This document shows, piece by piece, positions 1 through 6,694 of a DNA stretch of 20,000 bases; positions within the stretch are counted from its first letter, which is position 1; each line of letters starts with the position of its first letter. Below the pieces are notes generated by a model. That model ran no database searches. It was not told the origin of the DNA and was given only the letters and a program-made list of their open reading frames with translations. Origin of the DNA: an uncultured virus (IMG/VR IMGVR_UViG_3300037137_003071) (lineage: Duplodnaviria > Heunggongvirae > Uroviricota > Caudoviricetes); the IMG/VR virus record IMGVR_UViG_3300037137_003071; one strand, 5' to 3'. Position numbers and translations under genes: made by a program.

Positions 1-127
1 TGCCATGTCGTGATAGCGCTTGTATAGCGTCTCGCGAACGGCGCTGTCAATCGAGCACGGTGTTGGAGGCGATCACGGGATTGACTCCGCTTGCGAATGG
101 CTATACAAACGCTAGCGTTGAATGGCA
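1..127. promoter_or_regulatory. Mirror-image divergent promoter/operator region
   Basis: Plus 100-127 GCTATACAAACGCTA-N7-ATGGCA mirrors minus 28-1 GCTATACAAGCGCTA-N7-ATGGCA. TTGACT (81-86, +) and TTGACA (50-45, -) lie upstream of each copy. Confidence 0.5.
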
Positions 128-139
128 GGAGGATTCGCG

Positions 140-2041
140 ATGACGACAGCAGCAGCAGAGAAGTTGGGGCCGGCGGAGAAGATCCTCCAGACGCTCCTGA
201 ACCACACGGACCACATGGTTCACAACCGGCCCGGCATGGTGACGCCGGATGCTCGGCACACGATCGGCGTGCGCTGGGTGCCCGTCACGCACAAGGAGGA
301 GAACGGCCAGAAGGTCGTCTACGAGCTGACGAAGGCCGGTAAGAAGACGAACAAGATCCGCAGGGGCGTGATGCGCGCCGACAACAAGATCGAGGAGAAC
401 GGCAAGGTCGTCGGAGAGTACCGTGCGCCCGGCATCTACCCCGAGGTCGCCGCGTGGATGTATCGCCAGGTCGCCGAGGTCTGGAAGATGGACAACGAGT
501 TCGCGGCTCGTTGGGCTTCGCACGCGTTCGGTCAGGAGCACCGCGATCTAAAGGTCGTGCTCGCGGCGTTCATGCTCGTACAAACCCGCAAGGGTGATCC
601 CGTGCTCGACGGTGGCAAGGTCGCGTTCTACGACGACGACTTCCGCGACATCGGCGAGGCGATGATGCTCATCCATCGTCGAGACGGCAAGGATCTGAAC
701 CCGAAGCTCCTGCTTCGCGTTCACGACCTCTTGAAGATGCCTGGCGTTGCGGCCATCAACCGCGAGCTGGGCTTCGGCAACTCCGCCCGGCGTCCGTTCC
801 TTGGGCGCTGGTCGAAGGCGGTCGAGAAGTGGCTCCAGTTCCGCGAGGAGAACCCCAAGATGCTCGACGGTCTCATCAAGGCTGGCTTCAAGAGCACCGT
901 GAAGGATCTCGCGCGGGCGGTCGGCTACAAGCCCGAGACCCCGAAGTTCTTCGAGGCTCTTGGCTGGGCTCAGGACCAGGCCAAGGACGGTCGGCGCTCG
1001 ATGCTCATCGGCGTCGAGATGGCCAAGGGCGAGACCTGGGACGAGCTGACCGAGGCACAGGTCTGCGAGAAGATCGTCGCCGAGAAGCCGGACTGGAAGC
1101 GCATCGTCGGTCTTCTGCCGAAGAAGCTCGGTGTCACGCGCGCCATCATGAGTGCTGCCGTCGAGTCAGGCTCTTTGTCCAACAAGGATCTCATCATCCT
1201 CACGCCCACGCTCGAGGAGCTGGGACTCCTGGAGGTCAAGGAGGTCAAGGCGAAGTGGGATCGGGCTTTGAAGAAGGCCGAGGACGACATGCGTGCGGCG
1301 AACATCGCTCGCAACGTGAAGTCCAAGGACGTCCAGGAGCAGCTCGTCGCTGCGGCTGACACCGCTCTCCAGAAGGCCATCGAGCAGGTGACGAAGAATC
1401 TTCGGATCTACGTCATCATCGACATCTCGGGCTCGATGGGAAACTCGATCGTGAAGGCGAAGCAGCTCCTGGCGAAGTTTCTCCAGGGCTTCCCGCCGGA
1501 CCGTACGCACGTCGCCGTGTTCAACACGGCGGGGCGCGTGGTCGAGATCAAGCACGCGTCGGCCGCTGGCGTCGAGAACGCCTTCAAGGGCATCTCGGCG
1601 GACGGTGGAACGGCTCACGGTGCGGGCGTGCTCGCGCTGGAGAAGTTCAAGCCGAAGGACGACGAGGACTCGCTGTTCATCTTCATCGGTGACGGCGGTG
1701 AGAAGAAGACGTTCGACGCGTACGTGACCCAGTCGGGTCTGCGTCCGATGGCGTTCGGATTCCTCAAGCTGCCGGGCGAGAACTTCGGCTGCATCGAGAC
1801 CACCGCGGCGGCTCTGGGCATCCCGTGCTTCCCGATCCTGGAGAACACGTTCGAGGACGTCTACGCGATTCCGCGGACCATCCGCGCCCTCGTGGCGGCG
1901 ACCCCGGTCGGTGTGGTTGCACGGGTGGCAGCAACGCCGCGCGTGACTCTCGTCGACACGATCCTCAAGACCGATCTGCTCAAGAAGCCTGCTTGGGCAT
2001 TCTCGGCCCGAGCTTCCGCTCCGGCGGCTGCAACGGCGTAA
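140..2041 (+). CDS. Ro60/TROVE-like protein with C-terminal vWA domain
   Basis: AGGAGG RBS at 127-132 before ATG 140 (alternative ATG 122). vWA MIDAS IIDISGSM, then GGT and FIGDG. The helical N-terminal part has TROVE-like segments: MDNEFAARWA, TVKDLARAVGYKP (cf. Ro60 RDLLRLxHPKP), ETWDEL, LEELGLL. The vWA call is firm; TROVE is by eye. Confidence 0.7.
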   Translation: MTTAAAEKLGPAEKILQTLLNHTDHMVHNRPGMVTPDARHTIGVRWVPVTHKEENGQKVVYELTKAGKKTNKIRRGVMRADNKIEENGKVVGEYRAPGIYPEVAAWMYRQVAEVWKMDNEFAARWASHAFGQEHRDLKVVLAAFMLVQTRKGDPVLDGGKVAFYDDDFRDIGEAMMLIHRRDGKDLNPKLLLRVHDLLKMPGVAAINRELGFGNSARRPFLGRWSKAVEKWLQFREENPKMLDGLIKAGFKSTVKDLARAVGYKPETPKFFEALGWAQDQAKDGRRSMLIGVEMAKGETWDELTEAQVCEKIVAEKPDWKRIVGLLPKKLGVTRAIMSAAVESGSLSNKDLIILTPTLEELGLLEVKEVKAKWDRALKKAEDDMRAANIARNVKSKDVQEQLVAAADTALQKAIEQVTKNLRIYVIIDISGSMGNSIVKAKQLLAKFLQGFPPDRTHVAVFNTAGRVVEIKHASAAGVENAFKGISADGGTAHGAGVLALEKFKPKDDEDSLFIFIGDGGEKKTFDAYVTQSGLRPMAFGFLKLPGENFGCIETTAAALGIPCFPILENTFEDVYAIPRTIRALVAATPVGVVARVAATPRVTLVDTILKTDLLKKPAWAFSARASAPAAATA

Positions 2042-2059
2042 ACGACTCGATCGCGGAGG

Positions 2060-2098
2060 CACGCGGTCCATGGTGGTTGGTTCATGACTACTCGCGTG
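2060..2098 (+). ncRNA. Intergenic bulged hairpin resembling a Ro-binding stem
   Basis: CACGC-GGTC-C-ATG...CAT-GACT-ACTC-GCGTG: a GGUC/GACU helix with a bulged C, plus the ACTC also seen in the 6232-6630 RNAs. Confidence 0.35.
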
Positions 2099-2124
2099 GT
2101 CCCGGCGATACGGGACTTTCGTTT
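2099..2124 (+). terminator. Intrinsic terminator-like hairpin
   Basis: GTCCCG-GCGATA-CGGGAC followed by TTTCGTTT, just before the AAGGAGG RBS of the next gene. Confidence 0.5.
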
Positions 2125-2138
2125 CAAGGAGGGCACTG

Positions 2139-3071
2139 GTGGGCTGGCGCGATCTACTTCAGACGGGCGACGAGAAGGTGACCCTTCCGTGGCTCGGCGG
2201 CGGGACGCTGTACTCCGCCGCGCAGCGCTGGTCCATCGAGGGTCGCCACCCGAAGGAGTACGGGTGGTTCACGTTCAAGATCGTCAACCGGGGAGCTCGC
2301 CTTGCGGGCCCGGCTGACGCTCAACCGGAGCTACTCCAGCACTCCGTGCGCGGCTACCTGGTCGGGGATCGCATCGTCGCAGACGACGTTCGTGTCGATC
2401 CAGATCCGAAGCGCATTGTGGAGTTCTCCGAGAAGGTGTTCTTGCTCGACGACGGCATCGACCGCTTCGCACGCGTGCGCGCGGGGCGGATCAACAAGGA
2501 AGGTCCCCTGGTCTACCAGGGGCTGGAGATGCCGCTCGGGCAGGAGGACCAGGTACTCGAAGCGTTCCTCGATCAGAAGACGTCGGTGGTCAACCTCAAG
2601 GACGTAGCTCCTGCGCTCGACGCCGCCTTCCGCATGGAGAGCTGGCAGCGCGCGGAGGCCGAGCGCCGACGTGTCGAGCTGGAGCGCATCCGTCGGGAAG
2701 AGGAGGAGAAGCGTCAGAAGGAGGAGCGTCGCAAGGAGCTGGTGAAGAAGCTCGGTGACGGTGAAGGCCGGCGCGAGATGGCGCTCCACGACTTCGACGC
2801 CGCCGCGCGCGCAGCGCTCGCGGTCGGCGGCGCGGTGTTCCTCGATGCGAAGAAGCTGCGGCACAACGAGTGGGCGGTGAAGTACCGGCTCGATCGCCAG
2901 CGCTTCGAGTGCGTCTGCAACGAGCACCTCAGCATCATCGACGCCGGCATCTGTCTCATCGACCACGACACCAACGAGAAGGGGGACACCTTCTTCACTC
3001 TCGAATCACTCCCAGCCGTCGTGCAGCAAGCGCAACGCGAACGACGGCTGGTCATCTTCCGCCACGTGTGA
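2139..3071 (+). CDS. Coiled-coil protein with probable divergent E2/UBC-like C-terminal domain
   Basis: GTG start with AAGGAGG RBS. Central E/R/K-rich coil. C-terminal LSIIDAGICL...TLESL resembles the UBC G-x-I-C-L active-site region (Cys codon 2952-2954). Shares an operon with E1, JAB and Ubl genes. Confidence 0.55.
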   Translation: MGWRDLLQTGDEKVTLPWLGGGTLYSAAQRWSIEGRHPKEYGWFTFKIVNRGARLAGPADAQPELLQHSVRGYLVGDRIVADDVRVDPDPKRIVEFSEKVFLLDDGIDRFARVRAGRINKEGPLVYQGLEMPLGQEDQVLEAFLDQKTSVVNLKDVAPALDAAFRMESWQRAEAERRRVELERIRREEEEKRQKEERRKELVKKLGDGEGRREMALHDFDAAARAALAVGGAVFLDAKKLRHNEWAVKYRLDRQRFECVCNEHLSIIDAGICLIDHDTNEKGDTFFTLESLPAVVQQAQRERRLVIFRHV

Positions 3072-3076
3072 TCACC

Positions 3077-3646
3077 ATGAAGCCCATCTACGTACCTGAC
3101 TACGCCGACGCCTTGCCGGCAGACCTTGCGATCGTCCCCTGGGGAACGTTCACCGAGGCCCGTCAGGAGTGCTTCATGGCGCTCACGACGACGAACTACA
3201 CCTACGGCTCCGGTCGCGGCGTGAGGACGTACACCTCGATTCCGTTCCTGCCCTGGGTCGAAGCGATCCGCCAGCACTTGAACATGGCGCCGTTGATCCA
3301 CGATGGGCTCGGGCTCGCGGTCAAGGAGCGCCAGTACAACGTCTGCTTCCTCAACCGCTACGAGGATGCCGGCCAGCACCTCGGGTGGCACGCGGACGAT
3401 TCGCCGGGCATGAACCACGAGCACCCCATCGCGGTCGTGTCCTTCGGGCAGGCGAGAGAGATCTGGTGGAAGCCTCAGGCCGATACCGGATCGATCCCGG
3501 ACGGTCAGCGACAGCTCCTCGGACACGGCTCGCTGTTCGTGATGCCGACGCTCTTCCAGCGCGGCTACTTCCACAAGATCCCGAAGGGTGACCGAAAGAT
3601 GGAGCCCCGCGTGAGCTTGACGTTCAGGCACTACATCCCGGAATAG
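3077..3646 (+). CDS. AlkB-family 2OG-Fe(II) dioxygenase (ALKBH2/3-like)
   Basis: LNRY...GWHADD (HxD), distal H in HKIPK, and RVSLTFR. ATG 3077 follows the upstream stop closely. Confidence 0.9.
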   Translation: MKPIYVPDYADALPADLAIVPWGTFTEARQECFMALTTTNYTYGSGRGVRTYTSIPFLPWVEAIRQHLNMAPLIHDGLGLAVKERQYNVCFLNRYEDAGQHLGWHADDSPGMNHEHPIAVVSFGQAREIWWKPQADTGSIPDGQRQLLGHGSLFVMPTLFQRGYFHKIPKGDRKMEPRVSLTFRHYIPE

Positions 3647-3655
3647 GACAAGGTC

Positions 3656-4237
3656 ATGAAGTTCTCGGACATCAAGCTCATGGATATCGGCAACACGATC
3701 CAGATGGTTGGCGTGATCTACACCGACTCGAATGGCAAGGGGTTCTACTTCCCGTTCCCGTCCGCCAACGATGAGGGCAAGGATCCGATCCACGTCGAGA
3801 TGACTCTCGACAACTGGAAGGCACTGCTCCGTCAAGCGGATCACACAGAGACCGAGGTGCTCGGTCAGCACGAAGACGGCGAGCTGTACAAGGCGATCGC
3901 GCGCAAGTCGCAACGCCAGGTCGATACGCAGGTCCAGTGGAACGTCTACCGCCGGGACAACTTCATGTGCCGCTACTGCGGCACCGAGAAGCTGCCGCTC
4001 ACGGTCGATCACCTCGTGCGCTGGGAGGACGGCGGGCCAACGATCGAGGAGAACCTCGTGGCTGCCTGCCGAAAGTGCAACAAGGTGCGCGGTGACACTG
4101 CGTACGCGGCGTGGCTTCGGCATCCCTACTACGTCGAGGTCTCGCAGAAGGTCTCGTACGCATACCAAGAGCTGAACCGGCGCATCGCCGACACGCTCGT
4201 CAACATCCCCCGCACGCCTGTCGTGAAGGACCGCTAG
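3656..4237 (+). CDS. HNH endonuclease with N-terminal extension
   Basis: RRDNFMCRYCG...LTVDHL...GG...ENLVAACRKCNKVRG, the Zn-binding HNH pattern. Confidence 0.9.
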   Translation: MKFSDIKLMDIGNTIQMVGVIYTDSNGKGFYFPFPSANDEGKDPIHVEMTLDNWKALLRQADHTETEVLGQHEDGELYKAIARKSQRQVDTQVQWNVYRRDNFMCRYCGTEKLPLTVDHLVRWEDGGPTIEENLVAACRKCNKVRGDTAYAAWLRHPYYVEVSQKVSYAYQELNRRIADTLVNIPRTPVVKDR

Positions 4238-4239
4238 CC

Positions 4240-4635
4240 ATGATCGAAGCCGGAGTTGTTGTCGACAAGAGCGGGAACTCGATGTTCTGGCATCTTCCCG
4301 AGGGGCGCTCGGCGGGGAGCCTTCCCGACAGCCGGACCTTGTGGCAGGTTCTCTGGGACGCGTTCAAGGATGACACGCTGCTCGGGTTCGCACACAGTCA
4401 CCCGGGCTCCGGCGTTCCCGGTCCCTCGTACTCGGACGTCACTACGTTCGCGGCCGTCGAAGCCGCGCTCGGCAAGCGGCTCGACTGGTGGATCACCAGC
4501 TCGGACCACGTGGTCCTGATCCGCTGGAGCGGACCCGACAAGATTTCATACCGCGCCACGATCGTTACGGAGGCACCGTCGTGGGTTGCGGAACTGCGAC
4601 GCCTCTCTCAGCACGAACAAGGACAAGGACAATGA
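4240..4635 (+). CDS. JAB/MPN+ metalloprotease (Ubl-processing/deconjugating)
   Basis: N-terminal Glu (MIEAG) and FAHSHP...PSYSD JAMM motif. ATG 4240 lies 2 nt after the HNH stop. Confidence 0.88.
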   Translation: MIEAGVVVDKSGNSMFWHLPEGRSAGSLPDSRTLWQVLWDAFKDDTLLGFAHSHPGSGVPGPSYSDVTTFAAVEAALGKRLDWWITSSDHVVLIRWSGPDKISYRATIVTEAPSWVAELRRLSQHEQGQGQ

Positions 4636-4973
4636 ACGACATCAAGGACACCGAGGCGCGCGTCAACATCACGTACGGCGGCAAGAACGGCGATCTGCCG
4701 GACCCTGTCATGTTCCAGTCGACCGATGGCGACATCAAGATGTGGGTCACCGAGGCCGTCCGCACCGGCGGCGTTCCGGGGCTCGATGCGACGCCGAACG
4801 CCGACTTCGCGGACTTCGTCGTCGATCGCTTCGCGGCGAGCGAAGTGCGCCCGTACCATTTGATCGCGATCCGACCGAAGACGCCGTTCGGGTTCGCTTC
4901 GTGCAATCACTGCAAGCAGTGCCTCGCGAAGATCGTCGGGCTGTCGTGCTGCGGGTGCGGAAGCAAGAAGTAG
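4632..4973 (+). CDS. Ubiquitin-like (beta-grasp) protein with Cys-rich C-terminal extension
   Basis: ATGA overlap with JAB. An 87-aa domain with a strand-strand-helix-strand pattern ends IAIRPKTPFG and is followed by a 26-aa tail with 6 Cys. Lies between the JAB and E1 genes. Confidence 0.65.
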   Translation: MNDIKDTEARVNITYGGKNGDLPDPVMFQSTDGDIKMWVTEAVRTGGVPGLDATPNADFADFVVDRFAASEVRPYHLIAIRPKTPFGFASCNHCKQCLAKIVGLSCCGCGSKK

Positions 4974-4974
4974 C

Positions 4975-5397
4975 GTGCGACGGATCGCGTTCGACATCGG
5001 GGGCGTGCTCTCGAAGTACCCGGAGAAGTTCCGGCCCTTCATCGTGAAGCTTCTCCACGGCGGCATCGAGGTGTTCGTCATCACCGACATGCACGACGTG
5101 GAGAAGATCTACGAGATGCTGGTCATGAACGACTTCGGGATGATTCCGAAGTCGAACGTCTACTCTGCTGACTACAAGGAGCATGGCGACGGCTGCAAGG
5201 CCGAGCTGCTGCGCGAGCTGGAGATCGATCTGTTCTTTGATGATCACCTACCGTACATGATGCTCCCCGGCGACACGATCCAGGCGCTCGTGATGCCGAC
5301 CGCCTTCAAGCCGTACTGGTCCCCCGCGTGGAAAGTTCCTGAGGGCGGCGACGCGGAATTCGGACGGCGGTTCTACAAGAAAGGATGGTTGCTATGA
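4975..5397 (+). CDS. HAD-superfamily phosphatase-like protein
   Basis: IAFDIGGVL (motif I variant), VIT (motif II), K (motif III), LFFDD (motif IV). Short, apparently cap-less. Confidence 0.7.
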   Translation: MRRIAFDIGGVLSKYPEKFRPFIVKLLHGGIEVFVITDMHDVEKIYEMLVMNDFGMIPKSNVYSADYKEHGDGCKAELLRELEIDLFFDDHLPYMMLPGDTIQALVMPTAFKPYWSPAWKVPEGGDAEFGRRFYKKGWLL

Positions 5398-5963
5398 TCC
5401 TCATCGTCGGCGTTGGAGCGCTGGGCAGTCACCTGGTCCAGTTCATCCGCAACGAGAAGGTGGACATCAAGGTCATCGACTTCGATCGCGTCGAACAAAA
5501 AAATGTGATGTCCCAGTTCCACGGCAAGCCGGGCGTTGGCAAGAACAAGGTCGACGCGTTGAAGCAGACGATGGACTTCCTCTTCAAGAGGAACCTCCAG
5601 ATCGTCAGCCACAAGCTCGTCGAGAACAACGTCGACGTTCTCATGAAGGGCGCGACACTCGTCATCGACTGCCTCGACAACGGCGCAGCTCGGAAGCTCG
5701 TGCAGGACTACGTGCGCAAGCACAACCTGCCGTGTCTCCATGGCGCGCTCGCGCCGGGCGGCGAGTTTGGCCGCGCGATCTGGGACGAGCTATTCGTGAT
5801 CGACAGCGAGATCGGCGCGGGCTCGGCAACGTGCGAGGACGGCGAGTTCTTGCCGTTCATCGCGCTCACGGCGGCGTACCTGGCGCGATCGGTTCAGCTC
5901 TTCTTGAAGGACGGAAAGAAGATCGGCTTCTCGATCTCGCCTGTTGGCGTCGTTGCCATCTGA
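5394..5963 (+). CDS. ThiF/E1-like adenylating enzyme (minimal)
   Basis: ILIVGVGALGS nucleotide-binding loop, DFDRVEQKN, K in NKVDAL, VIDCLDN...R. Candidate catalytic Cys in ATCED. No CxxC Zn pairs. ATGA overlap with the HAD gene. Confidence 0.9.
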   Translation: MILIVGVGALGSHLVQFIRNEKVDIKVIDFDRVEQKNVMSQFHGKPGVGKNKVDALKQTMDFLFKRNLQIVSHKLVENNVDVLMKGATLVIDCLDNGAARKLVQDYVRKHNLPCLHGALAPGGEFGRAIWDELFVIDSEIGAGSATCEDGEFLPFIALTAAYLARSVQLFLKDGKKIGFSISPVGVVAI

Positions 5964-6156
5964 ACCGCTAGTGGCGGATCTTGGCACCGAAGACAATGTT
6001 GTAGCGGCCTGTCTACGCTGCAATCTCCTGCGTGGCGACATGCCCTATGAAGCGTGGCAGGTGCTGATACCAGCTGTGCGCGAAGTCGCGAAGGCCGGTT
6101 TGTTTGGAAGCTGGCGATCTTCACCGATCAACCGAAGAAGTACGCCAGCCGCGTAG
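5964..6156 (+). pseudogene. C-terminal remnant of a second HNH endonuclease
   Basis: EDNVVAACLRCNLLRGDMPYEAW matches EENLVAACRKCNKVRGDTAYAAW of 3656-4237. The N-terminal CxxC and DH are absent and there is no convincing start. Confidence 0.65.
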
Positions 6157-6195
6157 AGCACGATCTCGCTGGTCGGCACAATTACCAGCTAGTGT

Positions 6196-6224
6196 TTGAC
6201 AACGGCCCCAGTATCAACTAGGCT
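6196..6224 (+). promoter_or_regulatory. sigma70-type promoter for the ncRNA cluster
   Basis: TTGACA (6196-6201), 17-nt spacer, TAGGCT (6219-6224). The predicted start near 6231 coincides with the 5' end of the first RNA stem. Confidence 0.8.
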
Positions 6225-6231
6225 TTCACCC

Positions 6232-6375
6232 ACTCGGTCACCAACCGAAAGTCCTCACAAGCCCGGGTTCGACTCCCGACAGATTCCTGAAAAGGGATCT
6301 GATAGCCAAACGGTAAGGCACCTGTCTTGTAAACAGGCTGAAAAGCATCCAGGACTATCAACTCGGTGACCAAGT
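6232..6375 (+). ncRNA. Circularly permuted tRNA mimic (UGU anticodon), Y RNA-like RNA 1
   Basis: Order: outer stem, T arm (CGGG-TTCGACT-CCCG 6264-6278), loop-closed acceptor (CAGATTCC-TGAAAA-GGGATCTG), D arm (GCC-AAACGGTAA-GGC), anticodon arm (CCTGT-CT-TGT-AA-ACAGG), outer stem (AGTCCT/AGGACT, GGTCACC/GGTGACC). Confidence 0.85.
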
Positions 6376-6379
6376 ATTT

Positions 6380-6507
6380 GGCGAACAAGGGACGTGGTGT
6401 CCCACTTTCCTCATAAGAAAGCATCATCCGACAGGCTTGACTCGAACCCGCGAGGGTTCACTCCGATTCTGTCTACAAGCCGCGTGGTTCGACTCCACGG
6501 TTCGCCA
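6380..6507 (+). ncRNA. tRNA-like RNA (CAU anticodon) with about 60-nt structured insertion in the variable loop, RNA 2
   Basis: Acceptor GGCGAAC/GTTCGCC-A; D arm GGGAC-GTGGT-GTCCC; anticodon CTTTC-CT-CAT-AA-GAAAG; insert GACAGG..GAACCC-GCGA-GGGTTC..TCTGTC; T arm CGTGG-TTCGACT-CCACG. Confidence 0.85.
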
Positions 6508-6514
6508 CTGAGAC

Positions 6515-6630
6515 GCAGCCAATCTAGAGTGCTCACACGCATAGCTCAACGGTAGAGCATCGGCCTACGAAGCCGAAGGTTGGGACTTCAAAAATCCCTG
6601 CATTCAACCAAGCACTCTTCACTCGGCTGC
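6515..6630 (+). ncRNA. tRNA-Arg(ACG)-like body with acceptor end replaced by an extended bulged stem, RNA 3
   Basis: GCAGCC/GGCTGC and AGAGTGCT/AGCACTCT stems enclose TAGCTCAACGGTAGAGC (D arm), TCGGC-CT-ACG-AA-GCCGA and a degenerate T arm GGGAC-TTCAAAA-ATCCC. Confidence 0.8.
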
Positions 6631-6694
6631 CCTCTAATTTTTACTCCGTGCCGGTCCTGAGCTGGCGCGTAGCTCAGCTGATACGCCGCGAGCC

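Noticed and set aside
2714..4168. 484-aa minus-strand ORF and similar long antisense ORFs (1166-2071, 7338-8222, 13204-14010)
   Set aside because: Shadow frames of motif-bearing genes in high-GC DNA, with no recognisable domains.
5394..5963. ThiF/MoeB for thiamine or molybdopterin synthesis
   Set aside because: No thiG, moaE or other cofactor genes nearby, no CxxC Zn pairs, and the partner Ubl lacks a terminal GG. The JAB and E2-like neighbours point to conjugation.
6218..6427. 69-aa minus-strand ORF
   Set aside because: It lies antisense to clearly structured RNAs and has no coding features.
6422..6482. Group I or BHB intron in the CAU tRNA
   Set aside because: About 60 nt is far too short for group I, there is no BHB geometry, and the same module recurs in the neighbouring RNAs as terminal stems.
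6232..6630. Two-piece tmRNA or three ordinary tRNA pseudogenes
   Set aside because: No Ala-type acceptor with G3-U70, no tag ORF, and anticodon arms are present. The shared covarying module and strong promoter argue against simple decay.
6658..6690. Fourth tRNA starting GGCGCGTAGCTCAGCTG
   Set aside because: No anticodon or T arm follows. The sequence instead forms a CTGAGCT/AGCTCAG hairpin between convergent units.
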